A stretch of 61,321 bases of DNA, filler included, from 9 parts of 9 records of this genome joined end to end with filler, not necessarily neighbours in it, one strand, 5' to 3'; counted from the first letter of the whole stretch, positions 1 to 11,020 are shown. Notes: generated by a model not told the origin, from the sequence alone. Program-made: numbers and translations.

Positions 1-611
1 GATTGGCCTTGACCGGTGTTGTGGCCTATTTTGTTACCCACAATGAACCGGCACTCAGGTTTGTCTATCAGGCACGTTGGCTCTTTTTTATCGGTGAACT
101 GGCACTGGTTATTATTTTGTCTGCACGCATCCAAAAGCTTCAAGCCAAAACAGCGACCGGCATGTTTATGCTATACAGCGCTCTCAACGGTGCGACCTTG
201 TCGCTGCTGTTGATCATGTACACAGGTCAAACCATCGCTTCGACTTTTTTCATCTGCGCGGCAATGTTCCTGGCTTTAAGCATTTACGGTTGGACCACCA
301 AGCGGGACCTGACCGGCCTTGGCAGCTTCCTTTTCATGGGCGTCATCGGAATCCTGATTGCATCGGTGGTCAATATATTTATCGGTTCATACGGAATGCT
401 GATGATTATCAGCTACATCGGCGTATTGGTGTTCGCCGGCCTTACCGCTTATGACACCCAACAAATCAAGGCCATGGCGTTAAGCCAACCGGCCGGACTG
501 GATGCCGGCGCCGTACGCAAAGGCGCAATCATCGGCGCACTGAAACTCTACCTGGACTTCATTCTTATGTTCCAGTACCTTCTGATGATACTCGGTGGAA
601 ATAGGCGTTAA
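1..611 (+). CDS. Bax inhibitor-1/YccA family membrane protein (5' truncated)
   Basis: Multiple hydrophobic helices; C-terminal AYDTQ and GALKLYLDFI motifs typical of BI-1/YccA; ORF open from the contig edge. Confidence 0.9.
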   Translation, partial: LALTGVVAYFVTHNEPALRFVYQARWLFFIGELALVIILSARIQKLQAKTATGMFMLYSALNGATLSLLLIMYTGQTIASTFFICAAMFLALSIYGWTTKRDLTGLGSFLFMGVIGILIASVVNIFIGSYGMLMIISYIGVLVFAGLTAYDTQQIKAMALSQPAGLDAGAVRKGAIIGALKLYLDFILMFQYLLMILGGNRR

Positions 612-630
612 CATATCTATATATAAATAC

Positions 631-679
631 AAAAGCCTCTGATGCCGGTTGGCCGGCTCCAGAGGCTTTCTTTTCTTTC
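631..679. terminator. Probable bidirectional intrinsic terminator
   Basis: AAAGCCTCTG...CAGAGGCTTT stem with T-rich tail, between convergent BI-1 gene and glmM. Confidence 0.75.
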
Positions 680-716
680 AAACTGATATCGACGAACAAC
701 CGGCGATGATTGACGA

Positions 717-2063
717 CTATCCGATACTCTCTTTGACCTTGTCTGCAATTTGTTGGCAATAGCCTTCGGTCTCTTCCTTTGTCGGTCCCTCAACCATCAC
801 GCGGCACATATTTTGGGTTCCTGAATATCGAACCAGCACACGCCCATGATCGCCGAGTTTCCGCTCCACTTCAGCAATAATCTCAATAACGCCGGACAGG
901 CTGTTCAATTCAGGTTTCGAACTGACATTTACATTGATCAGTTCCTGCGGAAACACCGTCATGACATCGGCTAATTTCGAAAGCGGCTGTTGCGCCGATC
1001 GCATAGCGTCCAACAGCCTAAGTCCTGCCATTATTCCGTCTCCGGTGGTGTGCACATCCAGGAAAATCAAGTGGCCGGAATCCTCGCCGCCGACAATCGC
1101 TCCTTGAGCCATCATCATCTCCATGACATTGCGATCCCCGACCTGCGATGCACTTAGTTTCACTCCCATCTCTTTAAGTGCAGCCCCTAAACCCATGTTG
1201 CTCATCACCGTGCTCACCACCAGGTTGTTTTCGAGTTTCCCCTTGCCCATAAGATCCTTCGCACATATGGCCATGATCTGATCGCCTGTTAACACACGTC
1301 CGGTCTCATCCACTGCAATGAGACGATCACCATCCCCGTCAAACGCCAAGCCGATATCGGATTTTTGATCCACGACTGTTTGAGCAAGCGTTTCGGTATG
1401 TTGGGAACCGCAGCGGGCATTGATGTTTGTACCGTCCGGTGAACAAAAGAGCGGAATAACGTGAGCACCCAGTTGCTCAAATAGAGCCGGTGCCACTTTA
1501 TATGTTGCGCCGTTGGCACAATCGAGGACGATATTTAAATTGCTGAGCTTGGGTTGGTTGACAGCCGATTTGAGGAAATCGATATATCGGTCACGCGGAG
1601 CTTCAACATCCCGAACCCTACCGATCCCGTCTGCAGGTGCCACCTGGGCCTGATCACCACCCAATACAAGGGATTCAATCTTCGCTTCAGCGCCATCCGA
1701 AAGTTTATAGCCTTCACCGCTAAAAACCTTAATACCATTGTCTTCATAGGGATTGTGAGATGCTGAAATAACAATGGCGCCTGCCGCACCAGTATTCTTT
1801 GCCATTTGGGCAATGCCGGGGGTCGGTAAAATCCCCAATAACGAAACATCGACTCCAACCGAGCAGACACCGGCAGCCACTGCCTGTGCAATCATATCCC
1901 CCGAAAGCCTTGTATCCTGGCCTATAACGATATGTGGTTTGGATTGCCGGCTACCTTTGAAGTGAGACGCAACCGCCTTTCCGATCGCCATAGCGGTTTC
2001 GATATCCATTGGGTATTGGGTGGCAACCCCACGAATTCCATCCGTGCCGAACAATTTTCCCAT
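717..2063 (-). CDS. glmM: Phosphoglucosamine mutase
   Basis: FGTDGIRG N-terminus, SASHNP phosphoserine loop, DGDGDR metal loop, GGEDSGH, RYSGTQ. Confidence 0.97.
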   Translation of the reverse strand: MGKLFGTDGIRGVATQYPMDIETAMAIGKAVASHFKGSRQSKPHIVIGQDTRLSGDMIAQAVAAGVCSVGVDVSLLGILPTPGIAQMAKNTGAAGAIVISASHNPYEDNGIKVFSGEGYKLSDGAEAKIESLVLGGDQAQVAPADGIGRVRDVEAPRDRYIDFLKSAVNQPKLSNLNIVLDCANGATYKVAPALFEQLGAHVIPLFCSPDGTNINARCGSQHTETLAQTVVDQKSDIGLAFDGDGDRLIAVDETGRVLTGDQIMAICAKDLMGKGKLENNLVVSTVMSNMGLGAALKEMGVKLSASQVGDRNVMEMMMAQGAIVGGEDSGHLIFLDVHTTGDGIMAGLRLLDAMRSAQQPLSKLADVMTVFPQELINVNVSSKPELNSLSGVIEIIAEVERKLGDHGRVLVRYSGTQNMCRVMVEGPTKEETEGYCQQIADKVKESIG

Positions 2064-2096
2064 AGCATCACTGTCTCAATTAAGTATATAACGTCG

Positions 2097-3297
2097 TTAA
2101 GTCAAAGCAGTTACGAACTGTGAAGTCTCTTCTACCACTCGCGAAACGATTCCATCAAGCCATTGAGTGCCTGCCTGTGCCTGTCTTTCTTCCAGTGCTT
2201 TTATCACATGAAGATAGTCCTTGCCGTGATGGGCGATTTTTTGAACGATCTGCTCTAAAAAATGCTCCCTTTTGGCATCATCTCCATTAAAGTCGATCAG
2301 GCCTTCAAATTGTGACTCAACCTGATGCCAAGCCTTCGGAAAATCGTGCTGAATTCCTTCACTGGCATTCGTTTCAGCCAATTTGTCAGCCAATCGACCA
2401 AGTTGCTTGAGACGTTCCGTTATGCCGACCATTAGCGTTGATGTAAGCCCCTCTAAGAGTTCCGGCGCGAAATCGTCTCCCACAAAACAGGCCCTGACAT
2501 GAAGGTACCACTGTCGCAGGGCGTATAAATTACCTATGTATATTAAATTGTTACGCAAAATACGTTTAAGATTATAATAGGTGCCGGCAGAATATGGAAC
2601 ACTGCCGCTTCGGGATTTTTCGCCCAAAACAAGATGATGCTCTTTTAGCTGATCCTTCCGGTTAATCGTTCCGGCTGCAATCACTGTTCCAAATGCCAGA
2701 CGACTTGGCCCAACCAGCCCCCTGCCCTCCCAGGAAAATAGGGGACTGGTTGAGCATGACCCCTCTAGATACATCACCGATAAGGGACGGCGTGGCTTTG
2801 TCCTGATTGGGTGTAAAATTGAAGTGGATATAAGAACTCCCAACTTCGCTGTGATTTTGCCGGCTTTTCCCGCCGGACATAAGGCAATCACAGAAATTGA
2901 TCAGACTGCCCAAGGTTACAAACGGGAATAATATGGTCTGCTTGAGCCCAACAGTATGTGCGACGCTGGACTGTTCTTCAAAAATCGTTCCCCCTCTTAT
3001 GTGAGCTCCTGAACCTGCCTCGGCTCCGGCAAGGAAAACGGCATTTTCGAAATAGCCGCCTTTCAGTTTTACATTCGGTCCGAGATAACAATTATTTATC
3101 GTCACCGGAGCTTCATATCCCAGTTCACATTCCGGCCCGATAAATGTTCTACTACCATATAGCCTGCAGCCGTGATGAATAGTGACGCCCTTATCGGAAA
3201 CGCGGGTGGGGTTAACGCAATCAATTTCGATGCTGTTCGGCGTTTGTGCGGTAACGCCTTTTCTAACTAAAGTGTCCATCATTTTTTCCGTCATCAA
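2097..3297 (-). CDS. GlmU-related left-handed beta-helix protein with helical C-terminal extension (split by one indel)
   Basis: ORFs 2662-3297 and 2097-2891 join at the C5 run 2718-2722 (FLGGQG/LVGP); AHIRGGT and SVAHTVGLKQTIL resemble the GlmU acetyltransferase region; adjacent to glmM. Confidence 0.7.
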
Positions 3298-5192
3298 TTG
3301 TTCATCCCGTATGGCTGGTAGTCGGAAACGATGTCCTGAAATAACTTCTTGATTCTCTTATGGTCCTGCTTTTCTGCGGATTCCACCAGATCTTTAATCT
3401 TGCCATTTAAAAGATCGATGCTGCATGATTCCCCGTGAAGCGCAAGTATTTTTTTGTGGCTGGTCGCAACAATTCCCTCCCCTTCCGTTATTAGCTCCTC
3501 AAACAGCTTTTCACCGGGCCTTAATCCGATATATTCTATTTTTATATCCTTCTCCGGTTCGTGGCCACATAGACGTATCAGGTCCTTTGCCATATCCACG
3601 ATTCGAATAGGATCGCCCATGTCAAGAATGTAGATATTAACTTGCTCGTTTCCCAAAGCGCCGGCCTGAAGAATGAGCTGACTGGCTTCGGGTATTGTCA
3701 TGAAATAGCGAGTCACCTCCGGGTGGGTTACCTTTACCGGCCCCCCTCTTTCAATCTGCTCTCGGAAAAGGGGTACAACACTGCCCACGCTGCCCAGAAC
3801 GTTTCCAAATCTCACAATTGAGAACTTTGTGCGCAGATCAGGTTTCTGCCTTTGGCACTGGATGAGCATTTCAGCAACGCGCTTGCTTGCGCCCATGACA
3901 TTCGTCGGTCTCACGGCCTTATCAGTCGATACAAAAACAAAACGTTCGATGTTATAGCGGACTACAACCTCCAAGAGGTAGCCGGTACCTATAATGTTAT
4001 TTTCGATCGCCTTCCATGGCTGAATTTCCAGCATGGGGACGTGCTTGTAAGCGGCAGCATGAAATACGGCGCTGGGGTTGAACTGACTAAAAACAGCGTC
4101 TAACTGTTCTTGATTTAATAGGTCTTCAAGCACCGGTACGACATCGATATCGGCAAAGTGTTCTTTTAATTCCAACTCAATATGATATAGAGGGCTCTCC
4201 GCCCGCTCAAGCAACAAAATTCTTGCCGGCGAAAAGCGGCATATCTGGCGGCACAATTCAGACCCTATAGAGCCTCCGGCGCCGGTGACCATGACGGTTT
4301 GGCCTTTCAGATAGCCTGCGATGCCGGCTTCATCCAGGCAGACGATCTCTCTGCCTAGCAAATCACGATAAGCAACGTCACGAATGGCTTTTATCGAAAT
4401 TTTACCATTGATGAGTTCTCCATATCCTGGCACTGTTTTAAATGGTATGTCCGCTGATTTGCATTTTTCAACGATCCTTCGCATCTGTGCAGCGCCGGCT
4501 GATGAGATTGCTATCAGCACCTCGTCCGCCCCGGTCTTAATGCAGGCCGCAGGTAAATCGTCAACGGTGCCGATCACTTTGATACCATGTATCGTTCGCC
4601 CCGACTTCGTTGAATCATCGTCAAGGAACCCCGTCACTTTGTAGTTTAAGTTTGGATTATTTCTGATTTCCCGGCAAATCTTCTCACCTGAGTGCCCTGC
4701 CCCGACAATGATCAGACTCTTGGTGCCCTTTCTCTTTTTCGAGAACGACCGAACCACGGTTAAAAAAACTGAAGGCGTCAGTTCATCCGTACTAACCTTC
4801 TCGAAAAAGAGCCTCAGACCGAGTCTGAAGCCTGACACTAAGATAATAGTGAGAAACCAGTCGATGACAAAAACAGAACGCGAATAGCCTAAAAATCGGG
4901 TTTTCAAGAGAATGATCGTAATAAGCACCACTGAACTCAGCGATGCAGCCTTAACGATGTTCATCAGATCAACGATACTGGTATAGCGCCACATGCCTCT
5001 ATAGAGGTTGAAAAAGAAAAAAGTAAAAAGCTTCAACATCACCATCCATGGTAGGATAGTGTATAGTGATTTCAGGTAGTATGCTGGTATTTGAAACTCG
5101 AATCGAACAAGGTAAGCACAGATGATTGCCGCCGATATCAGCATTGTATCCAAAATAATGATAATAAAAAGATTTTTACGAAGTTTGGGCAT
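3294..5192 (-). CDS. Polysaccharide biosynthesis UDP-GlcNAc 4,6-dehydratase (CapD/PglF/WbpM family)
   Basis: N-terminal TM helices with YRGMWRY, GAGGSIGSE, HAAAYKHVP, STDKAV, MGASK, RFGNV; likely start MPKL at 5192. Confidence 0.95.
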   Translation of the reverse strand: MPKLRKNLFIIIILDTMLISAAIICAYLVRFEFQIPAYYLKSLYTILPWMVMLKLFTFFFFNLYRGMWRYTSIVDLMNIVKAASLSSVVLITIILLKTRFLGYSRSVFVIDWFLTIILVSGFRLGLRLFFEKVSTDELTPSVFLTVVRSFSKKRKGTKSLIIVGAGHSGEKICREIRNNPNLNYKVTGFLDDDSTKSGRTIHGIKVIGTVDDLPAACIKTGADEVLIAISSAGAAQMRRIVEKCKSADIPFKTVPGYGELINGKISIKAIRDVAYRDLLGREIVCLDEAGIAGYLKGQTVMVTGAGGSIGSELCRQICRFSPARILLLERAESPLYHIELELKEHFADIDVVPVLEDLLNQEQLDAVFSQFNPSAVFHAAAYKHVPMLEIQPWKAIENNIIGTGYLLEVVVRYNIERFVFVSTDKAVRPTNVMGASKRVAEMLIQCQRQKPDLRTKFSIVRFGNVLGSVGSVVPLFREQIERGGPVKVTHPEVTRYFMTIPEASQLILQAGALGNEQVNIYILDMGDPIRIVDMAKDLIRLCGHEPEKDIKIEYIGLRPGEKLFEELITEGEGIVATSHKKILALHGESCSIDLLNGKIKDLVESAEKQDHKRIKKLFQDIVSDYQPYGMNN

Positions 5193-5202
5193 TATATAAA
5201 CT

Positions 5203-6216
5203 CTATGATAAGTGTTGTTTATACCATTCAGCTGTCCGTGATAAGCCTGATACAACGGAGAAAGGAGGCGTCCAACTGAGCTCCTTTTTAATCTTTGCGA
5301 TATCAACGGTCAATGATCCGATCATTCTTGATACAGCGCCGCTTCTCCCTATCAATCCACCGGCTATATGCAAAAGCCGGTCTGGAACTGAAAACAGGTA
5401 AGCACGTTTATTCATCGAAGCGGCGATCAGTCGAATGAGTTCCGGAGTAGAAAGATCCCTTCCGTCACTAACCAGATAGGTTTGGCCTGCTGCTGTCGGA
5501 TGAATCATACAGCAGCATATTGCATCAACCAGGTTTTCCAAATAAATGAGACTGCGACAATTGCTGACACGTTTCAATGGTAAAGGAACTGTCAGGTCGA
5601 TTAGTCTCATCAAAGCTAAAAAATTGGCCTTGACCCCAGGGCCATAAACCAGCGGAGGCCTGATAATTACAATCTCCATGTTTGTTTCAGTGGCGACTTT
5701 TTGCAGTTTTTCTTCTGTTTCCATTTTTGATATGCCATAGCCATCTGTGGGGGATGGCTCATCACACTCTCGATAACCAATTGAGTTCTCTTCTCCATTT
5801 ACCTTGATCGAACTGATGTATACAAAGCGCCTTACACCGGCTCTGGCCGCATCCCTGGCCAGTTTCTCCGTTCCTTCGACGTTTACTTTTCGGTAAGTCT
5901 GAATCGCAAGGTGTGGTTTTTCTTTCGACATCACATGGACGCGTGCAGCAAGATGTACGACGATATCGGCTTTTTTTACGGCATCATCCCATTCTGTATG
6001 TCCGTTAATTTGGCCAACGATGATTCTTGGAATATCCTTGTAGCGAAAAAACGTATTTTCATTGCGTAGTGCTGCAACAACATTATAGTTCTCTGAGGCT
6101 AGCTTCTTGCATAAACTATTCCCAATAAATCCATTGGCACCTGTAATCAGGACACGGATTGAACTATCATTTTTATCTGTTGGAAAACTGGTCTTTAATT
6201 CGTTCGGTTCATTCAA
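5203..6216 (-). CDS. NAD-dependent epimerase/dehydratase (extended SDR)
   Basis: TGANGFIG, HLAARVH, YGISK (YxxxK), RPPLVYG. Confidence 0.92.
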   Translation of the reverse strand: MNEPNELKTSFPTDKNDSSIRVLITGANGFIGNSLCKKLASENYNVVAALRNENTFFRYKDIPRIIVGQINGHTEWDDAVKKADIVVHLAARVHVMSKEKPHLAIQTYRKVNVEGTEKLARDAARAGVRRFVYISSIKVNGEENSIGYRECDEPSPTDGYGISKMETEEKLQKVATETNMEIVIIRPPLVYGPGVKANFLALMRLIDLTVPLPLKRVSNCRSLIYLENLVDAICCCMIHPTAAGQTYLVSDGRDLSTPELIRLIAASMNKRAYLFSVPDRLLHIAGGLIGRSGAVSRMIGSLTVDIAKIKKELSWTPPFSVVSGLSRTAEWYKQHLS

Positions 6217-6224
6217 AGCGCAGC

Positions 6225-7010
6225 CTATAGATCTGTTCGATTAAGACGATCAATGAATCTTGAGGGACGGAGTTGCAGTAATTTTTTAGGTACTTTCAGA
6301 GCTAATATGGCCATGGAGGTCTTAATTCCGTTTTCACTACATGCTTTAACGATTTCGCGGTTCAGCAACCAAGAGCTTTTTATTCCTTTTGTGCTAATGC
6401 CGCCAGCACGCATTTTTACTACTGGTAAGGGCAGATAAGTATAACTTACCTTTTTGGAATATAGAAAACGCGCAATCAGCTCGTAATCTGCAGCAATCTT
6501 GTAGTCAAGAGAATATAAGCCATAGTTTTGATAGCACTCACGATTACATAGAAAGGTCGGATGGGCCGGCATCCATCCATATTTCAATCGTTTTCTGCTG
6601 AACCTGCTAGAGTCGTAGTAGCGTATTATTCGGTCTATTTTCCATCGATCAACGATTACCAAATCCGCAAATACCGAATCTGTCCCTGCTGATGTCATCT
6701 TCGCCATTAATCGTGTGATAGCTGAATTATCAAAATAAATATCATCTGCATTTAAAGACCCAACAATCTCACCGCTGGAATTTTGAATCCCCTTATTCAT
6801 GGCATCATACAACCCGCTATCAGTTTCACTGATGAATGTCGCGACATGATCCAAGTATTCATTAACTATTTCGATTGTCCCGTCAGTTGAACCGCCATCG
6901 ATAACAATGTGTTCGATATTTGGATAATCTTGACTCACAATCGATTCCATTGTGTCTCTAATTGTTGCGGCGCTATTAAGGCATACAGTAATAATACTGA
7001 CTTTTTTCAT
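6225..7010 (-). CDS. Glycosyltransferase family 2 (WcaE-like)
   Basis: VSIITVC, IDGGSTDGT, GLYDAMNKG, LNADD, IAADY. Confidence 0.92.
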   Translation of the reverse strand: MKKVSIITVCLNSAATIRDTMESIVSQDYPNIEHIVIDGGSTDGTIEIVNEYLDHVATFISETDSGLYDAMNKGIQNSSGEIVGSLNADDIYFDNSAITRLMAKMTSAGTDSVFADLVIVDRWKIDRIIRYYDSSRFSRKRLKYGWMPAHPTFLCNRECYQNYGLYSLDYKIAADYELIARFLYSKKVSYTYLPLPVVKMRAGGISTKGIKSSWLLNREIVKACSENGIKTSMAILALKVPKKLLQLRPSRFIDRLNRTDL

Positions 7011-7054
7011 TTCCACGGTCTTTTTACATCTCAATTGACTGAGTCTATATTTTA

Positions 7055-8215
7055 CTATGATTTAACTGCGATCTCTACGATATTATTAAAAGCTTGTGCG
7101 TAAGTTTTTTCCCTTAGAGGCATTTTCTTTAATGCAATTATTTCTCTTTCCTCTCTGGCAGGAAGTGGTTTTGAGTTTTCATTTTCTAAAAGTCTTGATA
7201 GTGCTACCGGGTCATGAGGCGGAAAATATACTGCTTCCGTTCCCATTTGCTCGTGATGTACAGGGATATCTGAAAGAAGCATTCTTATTCCTAATGCGCG
7301 GGCCTCTTCAACCGTAGTACTCCAACCTTCGAAAAGAGATGGGTTGATGATTGCACGACAAGCCCTCATTAGAGCAATTAGTTGTGAGTACGGGACTAAT
7401 CCTAAAAAAAGAAAACGTTTTTCCATATTGAATTTCAGAACCATTTTTTTCAGCTCAGCGTAATATCCTTTACACCTCAGATCCTTCGTATTTCCGGACG
7501 CCGCTATAACAATTTTTTTATGACGCAAAATGCGTAATGCACTTATAACCACTTTATGATTTTTGTGTCTCCAGAATTGGTTTGGCAGAAAAAAGTATCC
7601 ATTAGGAAGGTTGTATGTTTTTCTCACTTTGTCCGGATCTAGTGTTTTCCTATTTCTATTTATCTTAACAGCAAATGGAACAACTTTAATTTGACCTTTA
7701 ATTTTGCTATAGAAGTTTTTGCAATCGAAGAATGAATCCTGACTGCTGACCATCATTATAGAGCGGTTTAAAAGCTGTGCCCGAAAACCTAGTTCGCGCT
7801 TTAAATATCCGACGGGGCCGAACAACTTCGGAAGATGTCGGTGTTGAAAATCAGGTATCCATCCTATAATCGGCAAAGGAAAACGCCACCCGTAAAAAGT
7901 AGCGACCTCAAAAACAACATCTATTTTTTTTGAAATAAACAGTTTAGCAGCGAGTCTATCGCAGCCTGTAGTAACAGCATTGAACAATCTCTTGCCTTTT
8001 TGTTTTTTATCAAAGATCTCATTGCGGACAATATTAACGTTTGGAATTGATTTGAACGGTATTAGATCTTTGCAATGAACATCATTCCCTGCAAAAATAT
8101 AAAACTGGACATCTGTCTCTGGATCTGAACTCACGACGCTACAGAGATTCAATAGATAGTGATATCCGCCTGTCCAGGCGGATCTATCAATGATCGTTAT
8201 CCCTACCTTTTTGAT
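7055..8215 (-). CDS. Glycosyltransferase family 4 (GT-B); apparent ATC start
   Basis: WIPDFQH, PNQFWRHKNH, PSLFEGWSTTVEEA, SDIPVH; frame stays open upstream of the track start, reading (M)KKVGITIIDRSAWTGGYHYLLNL from ATC at 8215, 7 nt after AAGGAG. Confidence 0.88.
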   Translation of the reverse strand: MKKVGITIIDRSAWTGGYHYLLNLCSVVSSDPETDVQFYIFAGNDVHCKDLIPFKSIPNVNIVRNEIFDKKQKGKRLFNAVTTGCDRLAAKLFISKKIDVVFEVATFYGWRFPLPIIGWIPDFQHRHLPKLFGPVGYLKRELGFRAQLLNRSIMMVSSQDSFFDCKNFYSKIKGQIKVVPFAVKINRNRKTLDPDKVRKTYNLPNGYFFLPNQFWRHKNHKVVISALRILRHKKIVIAASGNTKDLRCKGYYAELKKMVLKFNMEKRFLFLGLVPYSQLIALMRACRAIINPSLFEGWSTTVEEARALGIRMLLSDIPVHHEQMGTEAVYFPPHDPVALSRLLENENSKPLPAREEREIIALKKMPLREKTYAQAFNNIVEIAVKS

Positions 8216-9162
8216 TGTGATTCTCCTTTTTGAGCTTTAAACCAACCAATGTATTCTTTTATACCAGTGCAGATATCTTTTTGAGGAATAAAGTTGAACT
8301 GACTAAGGCTATTGATATCAGCAACTAAACTGAATGGATCACCAGCTCTCTGAACACCTGAAAATTCGATATGAGTCTGAGCTGGCCACAATTCAACAGT
8401 AGTTTTTACTATTTCTTCGACGCGAGTTGCTATTCCTGTACCACCATTCAGCACAGGGGATTTATTATTAGCTATTTTAGAAGCATTCAAAAGAATTCTA
8501 ACCGAATCGAATACATTAATAAAGTCACGGCATTCTTGACCCGTACCGCTCATTGTTATATGATCGACACCTGATTCCAATTTGCAACACAGATCCCATA
8601 GTAATTGTTTCCTTAATAAAGGGCCATACACGGAGAACAGTCTAACGATTGCAATGGACAAATTAAAGTGAATTGAATAGTTTTTGCATAATAATTCCAT
8701 GGCTCTCTTGTTGTATCCATATGGTGAAAAAGGGTTGACACAATCTGATTCCGAAAGCCTTTCTTTATTTTGATTGCCGTATACAGCCGCACTAGATACA
8801 ACAACGATTTTCGTTTTAGCCGAATGTATTCTCGTCCAATCCAATAATTGAGCAGTTGATATTACCGTACGTCTAAAATCTTCAAGTGGGTTCTTAATTG
8901 AATATCCTACAGAAGATCCGCCAGCCAGGTGGTATATGCAATAAGGTTTACCAGAAAGGTTTTCTAAAGTAGATAGGTTTTCTGCATTGATTTCACCTTT
9001 TATCCAATAACGAATCCCCAATAATTTGGTTTCTACTTCCGGAAATATTCCATGCCCTATGCCATACACAGTGAGGCCACTTTCAGATAGGTATTTCGCA
9101 AGATGAACCCCGATGAAACCTTTGGCGCCTGTTACCCAGCAAGTCGTTGATTCATTTTTCAT
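8203..9162 (-). CDS. NAD-dependent epimerase/dehydratase
   Basis: TGAKGFIG, SSAAVYG, YGYNK, RLFSVYG, RDFI. Confidence 0.92.
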   Translation of the reverse strand: MKNESTTCWVTGAKGFIGVHLAKYLSESGLTVYGIGHGIFPEVETKLLGIRYWIKGEINAENLSTLENLSGKPYCIYHLAGGSSVGYSIKNPLEDFRRTVISTAQLLDWTRIHSAKTKIVVVSSAAVYGNQNKERLSESDCVNPFSPYGYNKRAMELLCKNYSIHFNLSIAIVRLFSVYGPLLRKQLLWDLCCKLESGVDHITMSGTGQECRDFINVFDSVRILLNASKIANNKSPVLNGGTGIATRVEEIVKTTVELWPAQTHIEFSGVQRAGDPFSLVADINSLSQFNFIPQKDICTGIKEYIGWFKAQKGESQSKR

Positions 9163-9179
9163 GTCAAAATTTTCTAAAA

Positions 9180-10033
9180 TTAGTTTAATTTAGTGCAGAT
9201 AAACGAATAGAGCCTTCCTGGTCGTTTATCAAATAAGGCGGCTGCCTTTAGAAAAACATTAAATATTGGTATAGGTGATAGCATCTTAAGGTACAGACTT
9301 CGACAAGGAGCATGCAACGGTAATCTATGAATGATTTCCCGGCGCAGAGTATCCAAGGTGTGAGGGTAATAGTTGATAACGCTTTCCAGAGGCAATAATA
9401 CCTTATCAATTTTTAGATTCGAGGATGAAATGGCATCAATGTATTCAGATAGTAGATAAGCATTTTCACCCCCGTAATATTTGTGCAAAGGATGCTTTTC
9501 TAGAAATGCTCTTAGGTCTTCCCTTTTTGATATTACATGCTCTCTTATGAAAATTAATTTTCCACCTGGTTTTAAAATACGGGCCAACTCCTTCATTGCC
9601 CTTTTTATATCTATCATGTGGTGAATGACAGCCCTACCGAAAATTAAGTCTATTTCATTGTCCTTTATTGTAATTTTTTCGGATGATTCATTCTTAATTT
9701 CAATTTTTATACGACTTTTATTTGCAAGCTCGTGTATCGCTCCGGTACCTACAATCTCGCTTTTGTTAGGTTCTAGCGCAATTACATCATACCCTTCTTT
9801 TACGAGAGCATAACTGGCAATTCCGCGGCCTGCCCCAACATCAACGGCTTTCCCTTTTTTTGAGGCAGGATTGTTTTAACTTCTTTCCATTCAGGACTTC
9901 TAAAATATCTTTCTGCCGCCTCATTTACTGGATCATCAAAATATGCGTCGAAAACCAGCTTCATTTGATCGGGTTGCGTCCGTAGCCATTTAACTGCCGA
10001 TTCCCATGAATCAAACATTTTAATTGCGCTCAT
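9180..10033 (-). CDS. Class I SAM-dependent methyltransferase (one indel)
   Basis: Adding one base to the T7 run 9855-9861 joins the ORFs into KAVDVGAGRGIASYAL...RAVIHH...RILKPGG. Confidence 0.85.
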
Positions 10034-10592
10034 TTTCCTTTATTTCTTTTAATATTTCGGCCGGATTTCCCGCAACAATCGTAAAAGGGGGAACTTTTTT
10101 TGTGACAACTGAACCGGCAGCTATAATTGCCCCCTTCCCAATACTTATTCCTCTCATAATAATCGCATTAGCCCCTATCCAGACGTCATCATGTATAAAA
10201 ACAGGCTTACTGTCCAAATCGATTACTTCAGGATGACCTTTTGTAACGATGCTTTTGTATTGCTCACGCCGCATCGATATTGAAATTGGATGTGTTAAAT
10301 TATCAAAAATATTAACTCCATGTGAAATTAAAACGTGATTTCCGATTTCAATTTTTTCTGATGACCAGATTCTAGCGGATTGACCTATAAAGCACCAATC
10401 TCCGACAACAATGTTTCCACCGTGTTTAAAAACAAGCAATTCACCTTGAATTATAGAATTTTTGCCTATTTCTATACGATCTGACCTGCCATAAATATTT
10501 CTAATTCTCGCGCTGTAAGATAATTTGGATCCTTCAGATATGACGCATGTGGCACGACCGAGAATTTTTTGAACCCAATAATCGATATTCAT
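10020..10592 (-). CDS. Hexapeptide-repeat O-acyltransferase
   Basis: IHDDVWIGANAIIMRGISIGKGAIIAAGSVV...VAGNPA. Confidence 0.92.
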   Translation of the reverse strand: MNIDYWVQKILGRATCVISEGSKLSYSARIRNIYGRSDRIEIGKNSIIQGELLVFKHGGNIVVGDWCFIGQSARIWSSEKIEIGNHVLISHGVNIFDNLTHPISISMRREQYKSIVTKGHPEVIDLDSKPVFIHDDVWIGANAIIMRGISIGKGAIIAAGSVVTKKVPPFTIVAGNPAEILKEIKENERN

Positions 10593-10920
10593 GCAACCAT
10601 CCTAATACAAGCAACTGCTCTTGCTCCAGCTGCAAAATCATCATCGAGTTTCTTTTTTTGGTGTATATCATAAAAAGTAGCATTTTTAACGCTATCAGCT
10701 TTGCATCTAATCCATCCATCAATAGAATATCCGAAATAATCGATACTGTATTCCGATGGGCAAAAAGTTTCTATAATCATTTCTACGAGCTTTTCGTCGA
10801 ATACCTGGAACCAACGATGTGAAACTCTTTTACCATATGGAACGGTCAATAAACAAAGCCCTTTGTCTTTAATTATTCGACGAAATTCCTTAATCGCTGA
10901 AATAAAGTCATATCTTTTTT
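10589..10920 (-). CDS. C-terminal fragment of a probable methyltransferase (DUF268-like), 5' truncated
   Basis: Frame open from contig edge: KEFRRIIKDKGLCLLTVPYG...GARAVAC. Confidence 0.55.
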
Positions 10921-11020
10921 NNNNNNNNNNNNNNNNNNNNNNNNNNNNNNNNNNNNNNNNNNNNTTAATTAATTAANNNNNNNNNNNNNNNNNNNNNNNN
11001 NNNNNNNNNNNNNNNNNNNN
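10921..11020. other. Artificial contig linker
   Basis: N44-TTAATTAATTAA-N44; stops in all six frames. Confidence 0.99.
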
